This document shows positions 1-9,541 of a stretch of 64,000 nucleotides of DNA, in pieces. Location: positions 800,001 to 864,000 of the forward strand of contig JBHYGA010000001.1 in NCBI GenBank assembly GCA_051859245.1. The letters run 5' to 3'. The translations under genes were made by a program, and so were the position numbers. Within the stretch, counting starts at the first letter, position 1. The number at the start of each line of letters is the position of its first letter. The notes beneath the pieces were generated by a model. It saw only the letters and a program-made list of their open reading frames with translations, did not search any database and was not told the origin of the DNA. The DNA comes from Gemmatimonadaceae bacterium (GTDB lineage: Bacteria; Gemmatimonadota; Gemmatimonadetes; Gemmatimonadales; Gemmatimonadaceae).

Positions 1-621
1 GTGCCTCGTACCCGGTATCTCGGGAATCGGCAACACGGTGGCAACTGGATTCAGATCGAGTGGCCGAGCCTGGTGCGCTCGCGTCTCCCCAGCGCGGCCG
101 CGCAGTTCGCGCTGCACGGTGTCGCACATGCTCGACGCGATTCCAACGATACCGGTGCGTGGCAGCGCTCGGTGCTGGTCAGCGCGGCGCCCAGCAACAG
201 CGCAAATCTCAGTGATGCCGTGGGCGCCGATGCGCGTCGCCTGCGCGGACCGCGCCTGGCTCGCCTGACGGCGCGGACGATCACACGTGTGGCAGCCGTA
301 GAGGCAGTGCGTGACAAACACGGCGAAGCGGCGGGCATGCTGGCCGGAATGTTCGTGTCGGCGATCGAGCGTGCAGATACGCGTGCCTGGCACCTGTTGC
401 CGGGTCGGCTGGTCTTGCAGCGCGTGCGTGTGCCAGCGGGTTCCGTGGAGCCCACACTGGTGGTGGGCGCGCCGGCGAATGCATTCAAACAAAGTATGTC
501 GTCCATAGCCCTGCGCCCCGGATCGGTCCACGTATTTTCATCACGCGTTTGGCGGGATCCGGCGGGTGCTCTGGCGGGTACGTCCGCCGTAGCGATCGAG
601 GACGCGGAAAAGCGGCCCTGA
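1..621 (+). CDS. 3' part of a COG3014-like putative lipoprotein (5'-truncated by the window edge)
   Basis: Open frame from base 1 to TGA at 621. C-terminal motif ERADTRAWHLLP resembles the ADTRxWxxLP motif of COG3014 proteins (recalled, not searched). Confidence 0.55.
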   Translation: MPRTRYLGNRQHGGNWIQIEWPSLVRSRLPSAAAQFALHGVAHARRDSNDTGAWQRSVLVSAAPSNSANLSDAVGADARRLRGPRLARLTARTITRVAAVEAVRDKHGEAAGMLAGMFVSAIERADTRAWHLLPGRLVLQRVRVPAGSVEPTLVVGAPANAFKQSMSSIALRPGSVHVFSSRVWRDPAGALAGTSAVAIEDAEKRP

Positions 622-720
622 TCTCTATCTTTACGGGAGCATTTGACCGCGACGCAGCGTTGTGACTGTGACGCGCCAGCCCGGAGTCCGGCGGCGTCGC
701 CACTTTGACCCTATTGCAAC

Positions 721-2994
721 ATGACCGCACCTCAGTCCATTCGCGCCGCGCAGTTACTTGCGAAGGCGCTTCGTCTGGATATTGACCCTTCGGCGTGGAT
801 TTCATTGGAGCGACGCGTGCCGGCAGGCGCGCAGGCGCAGCAACTGCTGGCCCTAGGACAATCCATCGAGATTGCCTTTCTGTCGCGCGATATCGACAGC
901 GCGAGCGTCGGGCAGGCGGTGAGTCAGCGCGACACACCTGTTGTCCTGATGGCCAGCTCGACTTCCGCCGACGGTGACCTGCTGGTATTGGCGGAAGATG
1001 CGCCCGGTAAAGCGGCGCTTTGGCTCGTGCCGAGCGCTGGCGAAGCGCGAATACTGACGGCGCGTTCACCCGAGGCGGTGGCCGCCGAGGTGACGGCGCG
1101 ATTTGGTCCGCGCTGTCATGCGCTCTCGCCGTTTGGCTTGCGCCCGAGCGTTACGCCTGGCGCCGCGGTTGAGGTGCTCGACGCCGACGAGGACACGCAG
1201 GCCGAAGACGAATCCACCGCGCACGGATCGCAAGCGGTGTCGCGATTGTGGGAACTGTTGTCACGCGATCGTCGCGAAATCCTGGTGGTCTTTTTCTACG
1301 CGGGCCTCGCGGGCTTGTTCTCGCTCACACTGCCGCTCAGCGTCGGCGCGATTGTGCAGCTCATTCAGGGCGGCCTGATTCTGCAGTCGGCGACGATCCT
1401 GATCGCGTATGTGATTGTGGGAACGATCGTGGCCGGTGTGTTGCAGGTGCTGCAGCTGGGCGTTGTTGAGCGCATTCAGCAACGCGTGTTTGCACGCATG
1501 GCGCTTGAGTACTCGTTCCATTTGCCACGCGTCCGGTACGATGTGTTTCTGAAAGAAGACCTTCCGGAAAGCATGAACCGCCTGTTCGAAGCGGCGCTCA
1601 TCCAGAAGAGTCTGGCCAAGTTCCTGCTCGACACATCGCAGGCGTTGCTGACCATCTTTTTTGGACTCATCCTGCTCACGTTCTACCACCCGTACTTCAC
1701 GCTGGTGGGACTGCTGCTCGTGCTCACGCTGGGTCTGCTTTTTTACGTGACGGGGCCGAAGGGCCTGGCCACGTCACTCATGGAGAGCAAGTACAAGTAC
1801 CGCGCGGTGCACTGGTTGGAAGAAGTCGCGCGCGCGTTTCACGCGTTCAAGTTTGCGGGCCGCTCGCAGCTCGCGCTGTCGCGTATGGACGCGATTCTGA
1901 CCAAGTATCTCAAGTATCGCAACAAACACTTCAAGGTGTTGGTGCAACAGGCGGTGGCCATCGTGGTGTTCAAGACGATGATCACCGCTGGACTGTTGAT
2001 CGTTGGCACGGTACTGGTCGTCAATCGTCAGATCACACTCGGTCAGTTTGTTGCCTCCGAGTTGGTCGTGGTCACGGTGCTCGCCGGTGTCGAAAAACTG
2101 GTGCTGTCGCTGAGCGTGGTGTACGACATTCTCACATCTGTCGAAAAGGCCGGCCACGTGACCGACTTGCCGATCGACGAAGTGGGACGCACACCGCTGC
2201 CATTCAGCACGCGTGGCATGACCATGGAATCCCGCGACCTCTCGTATTCGTACGCGAGCACCGGCACCGTGGTGTTGCATGACGTGTCGATCACAATCAC
2301 TCCGGGCCAGCGCGTGGCACTCACCGGCTTCAAGGGAGCAGGGCGAAGTACGCTGCTGCGATTGCTCGGTGGCTTGCTCGACGACTATCAGGGCACGCTG
2401 CTGGTTGACGGAGTCTCCATGCACGATGTCGATCGGGACGCCATGCGCGAACGTGTCGGACAGGTACTGTCACTGACCGATCTGTTCGAAGGCTCGATCG
2501 CCGACAACGTGTCGGTTGGTCGCAGTCACATTGGCGAAGAGCAGGTGTGGGAAGCACTGCGTCTGGTCGGGCTCGATCGCGAAGTGCAAGCCATGCGACA
2601 CGGGCTCGAAACGCGCATCACCAATGGTGGTCGTTCGCTGCCGTCCCATATCGCCACCAAGTTGCTCTTCGCGCAGGGAATCGCTGGCGAGCCACGACTG
2701 GTGCTGTTCGACGATTTGTTCATGAATCTGCTGGCCGAAGATCGTCGGCGACTGCTGGCCATTCTCGCTGATCCGGCCCGGCAGTGGACCGTGATCGCGG
2801 TGTCGCATGATCCCGTGCTGCTCGAATCGTTTGATCGGGTGGTCGTGATTCGTGATGGCACCGTCGCGGCCGACGGCACGTTCTCACAAGTGCGCGAAGA
2901 TCCATACTGCGAAAGCCTGCTCGACACACACGTTCGCACCGGCGAAATGGCGCGCGGCGTGCGTGAGAGCGGCGCGGCCGGAGCGCGTGTATGA
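721..2994 (+). CDS. Type I secretion-type ABC transporter (N-terminal peptidase-like region, TMD, NBD with degenerate motifs)
   Basis: 757 aa with about 6 TM segments (ITLGQFVASEL), Walker A-like GFKGAGRST, Walker B-like VLFDD and H-loop SHD. First gene of an ABC-HlyD-TolC operon. Confidence 0.9.
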   Translation: MTAPQSIRAAQLLAKALRLDIDPSAWISLERRVPAGAQAQQLLALGQSIEIAFLSRDIDSASVGQAVSQRDTPVVLMASSTSADGDLLVLAEDAPGKAALWLVPSAGEARILTARSPEAVAAEVTARFGPRCHALSPFGLRPSVTPGAAVEVLDADEDTQAEDESTAHGSQAVSRLWELLSRDRREILVVFFYAGLAGLFSLTLPLSVGAIVQLIQGGLILQSATILIAYVIVGTIVAGVLQVLQLGVVERIQQRVFARMALEYSFHLPRVRYDVFLKEDLPESMNRLFEAALIQKSLAKFLLDTSQALLTIFFGLILLTFYHPYFTLVGLLLVLTLGLLFYVTGPKGLATSLMESKYKYRAVHWLEEVARAFHAFKFAGRSQLALSRMDAILTKYLKYRNKHFKVLVQQAVAIVVFKTMITAGLLIVGTVLVVNRQITLGQFVASELVVVTVLAGVEKLVLSLSVVYDILTSVEKAGHVTDLPIDEVGRTPLPFSTRGMTMESRDLSYSYASTGTVVLHDVSITITPGQRVALTGFKGAGRSTLLRLLGGLLDDYQGTLLVDGVSMHDVDRDAMRERVGQVLSLTDLFEGSIADNVSVGRSHIGEEQVWEALRLVGLDREVQAMRHGLETRITNGGRSLPSHIATKLLFAQGIAGEPRLVLFDDLFMNLLAEDRRRLLAILADPARQWTVIAVSHDPVLLESFDRVVVIRDGTVAADGTFSQVREDPYCESLLDTHVRTGEMARGVRESGAAGARV

Positions 2995-4370
2995 GCAAGA
3001 CCAACGGAGGTACTCGCAAGGCGTTCGATCTGGAATCGATGCCGCTCAACGCGTCGCGGCTGCTGTACGAATCGCAGTCGTACTCGGCAGTTGCCCGCTG
3101 GCTGCTCGGCATCCTTGTCGCGCTCATACTCGCGGCCTTCCTGCCGTGGCAGCAGAGCGTGCAGGGTGATGGTATGGTCAGCGCGCTGAGTCCATCAGAC
3201 CGTCCACAATCGTTGCCATCGCGCATTGACGGGCGTGTGGAACGCTGGTTTGTAGCCGAAGGTCAGTTCGTAACTCGCGGCACGCCGATCGTACAGATTT
3301 CGGAAATCAAAGACGAATATCTGGATCCGGAAATTGTCGCGCGCACCACGGAGCAGCTCGAAGCCAAGCGCGCGTCGAATGACGACAAACGCGCCAAGGC
3401 TCGAGCACTGGAGGCGCAGATCGCCGCGTTGACGGAATCGCTTGAGTTCAAGCTTGAACAAACACGCAACAAAGTCCGCCAGCTGGAAGCGGCGGTCGCT
3501 CAGTTCACGCTCGAAGACTCAATCGCGTCCGATCAGTTCGCGCGACGCGATTCGCTGTACCGCTCGCCGCTGGGTCTCGTCTCGCTCAACGATTTGCAGT
3601 CGACGCGCATGCGCGCGCAGGCCGCGTCTGCGGCATTGGTGCAGCGTCGGAATGAGCTGCTCAATGCGCAAATCGAGTTGAACTCACTCGACGCCGAGTA
3701 TCGCGAAAAGATTGAAAAGTCGCGCTCGGATCGCGCTGGCACGCTGGCTGAAGTGGCCGATGGCGAAGTGGAAATTTCAAAGCTGCGCAACAAGGTCGCG
3801 TCGCTTGAAGTCCGTCAGTCGTACTACCGCATTGAAGCGCCGCAGGACGGCTACGTGGTTAAGGCCATCGTGCAGGGTGTGGGCGAGCTGGTGAAAGCCG
3901 GCGATCCCATTGTGACGGTGCAACCGGCCACGCCCCGTCAGGCTGTGGAGCTGTATGTGCGCGCCATGGACGTACCGCTCTTGCAGCCTGGCCGAAAAGT
4001 TCGCTTGCAGTTCGACGGCTGGCCCGCCCTGCAGTTCTCCGGCTGGCCGAGTGTTGCCGTGGGTACGTTTGGTGGCGAGGTCGCGGTGATTGACCAGGTG
4101 GCCAGCGTGGACGGGCGGTTCCGCGTGCTGGTGGTCCCGGATCCGAACGACGATCCGTGGCCCGCGCAGTTGCGCGTCGGATCCGGCGTGTACGGTTGGG
4201 CGCTGCTTGATACCGTGCGTGTGTGGTTCGAGATCTGGCGTCAGTTGAACGGTTTCCCGCCGGCGTTGAATGCGAACACCGCAGCCAGTGGATCCGATGC
4301 GCGCAGCGCGCCGCTTCCGTCGGGTAGCAGCACGTCTGGTGGAAGCAAATCGGGCGGAGGCAGCAAGTGA
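2991..4370 (+). CDS. HlyD family membrane fusion protein
   Basis: N-terminal TM, lipoyl half-motifs (GRVERWFVAEGQFV; IEAPQDGYV), long coiled coil. ATGA overlap with the ABC gene. Confidence 0.92.
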   Translation: MSKTNGGTRKAFDLESMPLNASRLLYESQSYSAVARWLLGILVALILAAFLPWQQSVQGDGMVSALSPSDRPQSLPSRIDGRVERWFVAEGQFVTRGTPIVQISEIKDEYLDPEIVARTTEQLEAKRASNDDKRAKARALEAQIAALTESLEFKLEQTRNKVRQLEAAVAQFTLEDSIASDQFARRDSLYRSPLGLVSLNDLQSTRMRAQAASAALVQRRNELLNAQIELNSLDAEYREKIEKSRSDRAGTLAEVADGEVEISKLRNKVASLEVRQSYYRIEAPQDGYVVKAIVQGVGELVKAGDPIVTVQPATPRQAVELYVRAMDVPLLQPGRKVRLQFDGWPALQFSGWPSVAVGTFGGEVAVIDQVASVDGRFRVLVVPDPNDDPWPAQLRVGSGVYGWALLDTVRVWFEIWRQLNGFPPALNANTAASGSDARSAPLPSGSSTSGGSKSGGGSK

Positions 4371-5866
4371 CGCGTCGCTGGGCCGCGATACTGGCTATTG
4401 CGGGCACGGCATTCGTGAGTGCGCACACGCTGCCCGCGCAGACAACCGTGTGGAACGACTCGACTGCGGTGAAAGCGCCGGCGGATACAATTCTGTATCC
4501 GTACGCGGCGTTCATCGCGCAGGTGCTCGCCAACCACCCGGTGTCGCGGCAGGCCGACCTGGTGGCCGAAGATGTGCGCAGTCAACTGCGCTCGGCGTGG
4601 GGTGCGTTTGATCCAACCGTTGCCGCGAGCTGGGATCAGAAGCGGTTCGACGGAACCGGTTACTACTCGTACGCGGATGTCTCGGTAAAAATTCCCACGC
4701 CGATTGGCAGCGACATCAAGATTGGATACGAGCGCGCAGCCGGTACGTACATCAATCCGGATCGTCGTACGCCAGATGTTGGTTTGCTCACTGCGGGGTT
4801 TAGTATCCCGCTCGGTCAGCGGCTGCTCACCGACGAACGGCGCACCGCACTCACGCAGGCACGTGCACTCCGCGACGCGGGTGAAGCTGATCGGGAAGCG
4901 ATCGTAAACAATCTCGTGTTGAACGCCGCGCGCGCGTACGGTTCGTGGTACGAAGCGTGGCGCCGACGTGAGATTGCACGCGAAGGTGTTGGGCTGGCCG
5001 CGTTCCGCCTGGAGGCGGTGCAAGCGGCCGTCGAAAGGGGCGTTAGTCCAGCGGTTGATACGCTCGAAGCCTCAATCGAAGTGCAGCGTCGGGAGGTCAC
5101 GCTGCGAGAGGCTGACGCCTCGTTCTTTACCGCCGAACTCGTGCTGACCGCGTATTTGTGGGATGGCGCCGGCCGACCGATTTCGCTGGCCGAAGGCGTG
5201 CGACCATCACTCACTGGACTGGACGCGACCTCGCTGCCCGCCGTGGATTCGTTGGCGGTGGCGCGCTGGCTGGAGGAAGCGCGCACGCGTAGTCCGCAGC
5301 TGCGGAAACTCGACGCCGATGTGCGCTCCGCCGAGGCGCAACGCTTGCTCGCGGGACAGCAGTTTATTCCGTTTGCTGAAGCAACCGTGTACGCGATCTC
5401 TGAACGCGGAACCACGCCGCCGGTGTTCAACCGATCGGAGAACGAATCGAACTACAAAGGCGCACTCGATATCAAATCCCCATTGCTCTTTTTGAAGGAG
5501 CGCGGAAAGTTTGGCAGTGCCAGTGCGAAACTCGATATTCGGCGACTTGAGCGGGACCGCGTAGCGCGCGACGTAGAGAACGCCGTGCGGATCGCCGCCA
5601 ACGAACTGACCGTACTCGCGGGCTTGCTGGAGTTGCAGCAGCGAAACGTGGAACGAACGCGACTGCTCCGCGATGCCGAGCAGGAGAGATTCGCCACGGG
5701 CGAGAGCACGCTGTTGGTTGTGAACCTGCGTGAACGCGCCGTGCTCGACGAGTCGGTTCGGCAGGCGCAGTACGAAGCACGCATCGCCGCCGCGCGGGCA
5801 ACGCTCGCCGTTGCAATAGGTAATCTGACCACACTTCCGGAAACGGCCGGTGCTCGACCGAACTGA
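4367..5866 (+). CDS. TolC family outer membrane efflux protein
   Basis: Signal peptide, helical OEP repeats (ERFATGESTLLVVNLRE), GTGA overlap with hlyD. Confidence 0.9.
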   Translation: MTRRWAAILAIAGTAFVSAHTLPAQTTVWNDSTAVKAPADTILYPYAAFIAQVLANHPVSRQADLVAEDVRSQLRSAWGAFDPTVAASWDQKRFDGTGYYSYADVSVKIPTPIGSDIKIGYERAAGTYINPDRRTPDVGLLTAGFSIPLGQRLLTDERRTALTQARALRDAGEADREAIVNNLVLNAARAYGSWYEAWRRREIAREGVGLAAFRLEAVQAAVERGVSPAVDTLEASIEVQRREVTLREADASFFTAELVLTAYLWDGAGRPISLAEGVRPSLTGLDATSLPAVDSLAVARWLEEARTRSPQLRKLDADVRSAEAQRLLAGQQFIPFAEATVYAISERGTTPPVFNRSENESNYKGALDIKSPLLFLKERGKFGSASAKLDIRRLERDRVARDVENAVRIAANELTVLAGLLELQQRNVERTRLLRDAEQERFATGESTLLVVNLRERAVLDESVRQAQYEARIAAARATLAVAIGNLTTLPETAGARPN

Positions 5867-5962
5867 TTGCGACGAGACATGTGAATTCGGCGACGGTGCC
5901 TGCAACCTTGGAGCACGGAATACGTAGGGCAGGGATCACCTTCACCGAATCGAAAATCCCCT

Positions 5963-6676
5963 ATGCTGAAGCGCGCACTTACTCGTCTTTCCATCGCCAC
6001 GGCGCTCTCATTCGTGTCGCTCGCTGGCGTTTCCGCTCAAGACAATCCAAACGCACGCGTCTCCGCTGGTGCGAGTGGCAATCTCTCCATTCCACGTGGT
6101 GTGTTTGGCGAGACCACGGAACGCGGTTGGGGACTCAGCGGCAATGTGCTGATCGGCCTCGACGCGAATGCCATCTTCAACGCGCGCGCCGATCTGGCCT
6201 TTCAATCGTACGGACGCGTGCGTCAGCGTGTGCCGCTGAGCTCAACCACCGGCAACCTCATCCGCGTCGACCTGAACACCACCAACAACATTGCCACCTT
6301 TGTCACGGGGCCTCAGCTGCTCGGCCCAACAGGTGTGTTCACACCGTACGCGTCGGCGCTGGGCGGATTCTCCGCGTTCTGGACAAGCAGCACGGTCGAG
6401 GGCACGAACGATACCGAACCGTTTGCGTCCACTACCAACTCGAGTGATTTCGCGTGGGCCTACGGCGGCGCGGCTGGCGCCTACATTCGCGTGAGCAACG
6501 GCGCACGACCGGTACGCCTCGATCTCGGCATGCGGTATTTGCGGCACGACGACGTTACGTACCTCACGGCCGACGAAGTTCGCGCGGCAGTTCAGCAGCG
6601 GCGTGATCCGCAGCCGATTCGCTCGCGAGTGGACTTCTACACCTACTACATCGGCGTGCAGGCCGTCGTGTTCTAA
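5963..6676 (+). CDS. Outer membrane beta-barrel protein
   Basis: Signal peptide (VSA|Q), alternating beta-strand pattern, C-terminal Phe (YIGVQAVVF). Confidence 0.75.
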   Translation: MLKRALTRLSIATALSFVSLAGVSAQDNPNARVSAGASGNLSIPRGVFGETTERGWGLSGNVLIGLDANAIFNARADLAFQSYGRVRQRVPLSSTTGNLIRVDLNTTNNIATFVTGPQLLGPTGVFTPYASALGGFSAFWTSSTVEGTNDTEPFASTTNSSDFAWAYGGAAGAYIRVSNGARPVRLDLGMRYLRHDDVTYLTADEVRAAVQQRRDPQPIRSRVDFYTYYIGVQAVVF

Positions 6677-6717
6677 ACGCAGGATGTCGTGGCTGTGGCC
6701 ACAATTGTGAACCGGGT

Positions 6718-7194
6718 TCAGCCGTCGTGATCGCGACGGCCGCGTTCCCGCTTCACACTCGACCGTCGCTTCTTCTCGTCAAGTCGACGTTCAATCGCGC
6801 CGCGTGTTGGCTTGGTCGCCTTTCGAGGCACCGGATCCGGCAACGCGGCACGAACAATTGCGGCGAGACGTTCCATGGCGGCGTCGCGATTGCGACGCTG
6901 GCTACGATGTTCAGCCGACACGAGCCGCATCGCGCCGCTCGCGTCGAGTCGTCCTGACAAGCGCTGCAGCACACGCTCATGGTGCGCATCGCCGAGCGCG
7001 GCGCGCAACGAAGCCGATTGCGCGGGTTGCCATCGCAACTCAATGCGCGTGGCACTGCGATTTACGTGTTGACCGCCCGGGCCACCACCCGTGGTCGCGC
7101 GTACCTCAAATTCCTCGTGCGGAATTGCGAGGTGCGCCGAGATGAACAGGAGCTCCGCGTCGGTGGTCAATCGCGACCGCCCGGCGGAACGCAC
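6718..7194 (-). CDS. arfB: Alternative ribosome rescue factor ArfB (peptidyl-tRNA hydrolase)
   Basis: GPGGQHVN (GGQ) motif, RSQxRNR, basic tail RKATKPTRGAIERRLDEKKRRS. True start may be slightly downstream. Confidence 0.93.
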   Translation of the reverse strand: MRSAGRSRLTTDAELLFISAHLAIPHEEFEVRATTGGGPGGQHVNRSATRIELRWQPAQSASLRAALGDAHHERVLQRLSGRLDASGAMRLVSAEHRSQRRNRDAAMERLAAIVRAALPDPVPRKATKPTRGAIERRLDEKKRRSSVKRERGRRDHDG

Positions 7195-7988
7195 GGCTTT
7201 TGAGAGAGTGCCGTGGAGATTTCGGCCGGTGTGGGGCGCTCCTCAAGCTTGGGCGCCACAAACACCGCCACATACTCACCGGGCACTTCACGATCCACGC
7301 GCGACTCTCGATAGCCAACCGCCGAAAGCTCACAGCGTAGCAACGCCAGCGGTGTTCCGTGGCCGGATGTAGGGCGATCGAGATCCAGGATCACGACACG
7401 ACCGCCCGGCTTCATGGCCGAGGCGAGATTCCACATCAGTCCGAACGGCTGCGAAATTTCGTGATACATGTGAATGAGAATCGCGGCGTCGAGCGTGGCG
7501 TCGGGTAAACGCGGATCATGCGGTTCACCGCGTACAACCTCCACGTTGCTCCATCCGGACTGTCGTGCGCGCGACGCCAGCAGTTCGAGATAGCGCGGCA
7601 CAATGTCTTCGCCGTAGACGCGGCCGGTCGCACCAACGCGCGGCACCAGTCGCGCCACGTAGTAGCCGTCACCGGCACCAATGTCGGCAATGTGCATGCC
7701 TTCTTTCGCACCGAGAATGCGCATCACGCGTTCCGCTTCACCGGCGTCGTCGCGGTCGTCTTCGTTGCTCCAACGCGGTGCGACAATATCGGCCACGGCG
7801 CGGGCCGGCATCGGGAACGCATTTTCCGGAGCGCCCTGTGGCGCCATGACGCGCCCCGTATCGCCGGGCAGAACGGCGGAGCTCGTGCGCAGCGAGTCAA
7901 CCACATCTGCTGTAGGTCGGCACGCGGTGCTCACTGCGGCGACCAATGCGAACGCCGTGAGCGCACGCGCGAGCGTTGGCGAGTTCAT
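7167..7988 (-). CDS. Class I SAM-dependent methyltransferase with lipoprotein-type signal peptide
   Basis: Motif I IADIGAGDGYY, MKPGGRVVILD. N-terminus ends in a lipobox-like VSTAC. Confidence 0.85.
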   Translation of the reverse strand: MNSPTLARALTAFALVAAVSTACRPTADVVDSLRTSSAVLPGDTGRVMAPQGAPENAFPMPARAVADIVAPRWSNEDDRDDAGEAERVMRILGAKEGMHIADIGAGDGYYVARLVPRVGATGRVYGEDIVPRYLELLASRARQSGWSNVEVVRGEPHDPRLPDATLDAAILIHMYHEISQPFGLMWNLASAMKPGGRVVILDLDRPTSGHGTPLALLRCELSAVGYRESRVDREVPGEYVAVFVAPKLEERPTPAEISTALSQKPCVPPGGRD

Positions 7989-9331
7989 CGCGTTGCCTCA
8001 ACCCGCGCGTGTACACGGAGCGCCGCAACACGACGACCGTCCATGGCTACGACTTCGAGTTCACCACCGGGAAAGCCCACACGATCTCCAAGCTGCGGCA
8101 AGCGGCCAAGGGCCGAGAAAGCGTAACCACCGAGCGTGGTCCAGTCGCCTTCCGGAATGGCCAAAGAATAATCCGAACGAACATCCACGAGTGACAGCGC
8201 GCCGGCAAGCTCCAGCACCCCGTTCGTTACCATCGCCTCGCGCGCGACCTGATCGTATTCGTCGGCAATGTCGCCCACGACTTCCTCCACCAGATCTTCG
8301 AGCGTCACGATTCCAGCCGTGCCGCCGTACTCATCGAGCACGACAGCGAGATGCGCACGCGTGCGACGCAAGTCTTCGAGCACACGTTCCGCGGCGCGCG
8401 TGGCCGGGACAAACAACGGCTCCCGAAGATGCTCGCGCAATTCAAACGGGGCGTCCTTGTCGTAGAGCCAGAAATCCTTGGCGAGCAACACGCCGACCAC
8501 ATCGTCGAGTGTCTCCCGATATACCGGATATCTCGAATACCGTTCCGTGCGCAGAATCTTTCGCAGCTCGTCCTCATCAACATCGTCCGCGATCGCTGCC
8601 ACATCAGTTCGCGGACGCATCACGTCCCACGCCTTCTTGTTGTGAAAGTCGAACACGCCGGCCAGCATGGCGGAGTCGCTTTCGTCCAGCGTGCCGTGCG
8701 CGCGCGCCTGCATGACCAGCAACCGCAGCTCCTCGGGCGAATGCACATGCGCACCCTCGGCGGCCGGTTCCACGCCGACCAAACGCAGCAGGCGATTCGC
8801 CGTTCCCTGCAGCAACGCAATGAACGGTGACATGAGGTTGGAGAACACGATCAACGGCCGTGTCACCCACAGGCTCACACGCTCCGGACGAATCAGCGCC
8901 ACGGATTTCGGCATGAGTTCGCCGAAGACGATGTGCAGGAACGTGACCACGGTGAAGGCCACGATGATGCCAGCCGTGCTGTGCACCGCGCCCGGGGGCA
9001 GCGGAATGCCAACCGCGTTCAGCGCGGCGTCAACGAGCACCGCGATGGCCGGCTCACCGATCCAGCCGAGCGCCAGCGACGCGAGCGTGATGCCCAGCTG
9101 CGTTCCGGAGATGTAGCGATCGAGCTGGCCGAGGGCCCGCTGCACCACGAGGGCGCTGCGACTGCCTTCCGCGACCAGTTGGTCGATGCGGCTTCGGCGC
9201 ACCGCCACGAGGGCGAACTCGGCGGCCACAAAAAACGCGTTGGCCGCGACAAGCAGAAGCACCATCGCCAAACGGAAGGTGATGGTGCCGGTGGTCAGTG
9301 CGGCTTCGGTACTGGCAGGGTCAGAAATCAT
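7985..9331 (-). CDS. HlyC/CorC (CNNM-CBS-CorC) family transporter
   Basis: ANAFFVAAEFALV, TQLGITLASL, FGELMPKS, CBS pair (YSRYPV, DEYGGTAGIVTLEDLVEEVVG), CorC tail. Confidence 0.93.
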   Translation of the reverse strand: MISDPASTEAALTTGTITFRLAMVLLLVAANAFFVAAEFALVAVRRSRIDQLVAEGSRSALVVQRALGQLDRYISGTQLGITLASLALGWIGEPAIAVLVDAALNAVGIPLPPGAVHSTAGIIVAFTVVTFLHIVFGELMPKSVALIRPERVSLWVTRPLIVFSNLMSPFIALLQGTANRLLRLVGVEPAAEGAHVHSPEELRLLVMQARAHGTLDESDSAMLAGVFDFHNKKAWDVMRPRTDVAAIADDVDEDELRKILRTERYSRYPVYRETLDDVVGVLLAKDFWLYDKDAPFELREHLREPLFVPATRAAERVLEDLRRTRAHLAVVLDEYGGTAGIVTLEDLVEEVVGDIADEYDQVAREAMVTNGVLELAGALSLVDVRSDYSLAIPEGDWTTLGGYAFSALGRLPQLGDRVGFPGGELEVVAMDGRRVAALRVHARVEATR

Positions 9332-9541
9332 GCGTGGTGGAAACGGGCGCGCTCATGGGTCGTCATCAGGGTGCAGCTGTCGATCGTGCATTCTGCAAGA
9401 CTCGCGGGCGATCCGCGGCGCTCGCATTCTGCGATCCCAACAACCCGCGCCGGTTGCTGGCTCGCACATCCTCTCATTGAACGGTTTCGCTGATCGGTCG
9501 TGCGGTACACTCCAAGTTACCCCGAACTGGCTGTCCAACGA

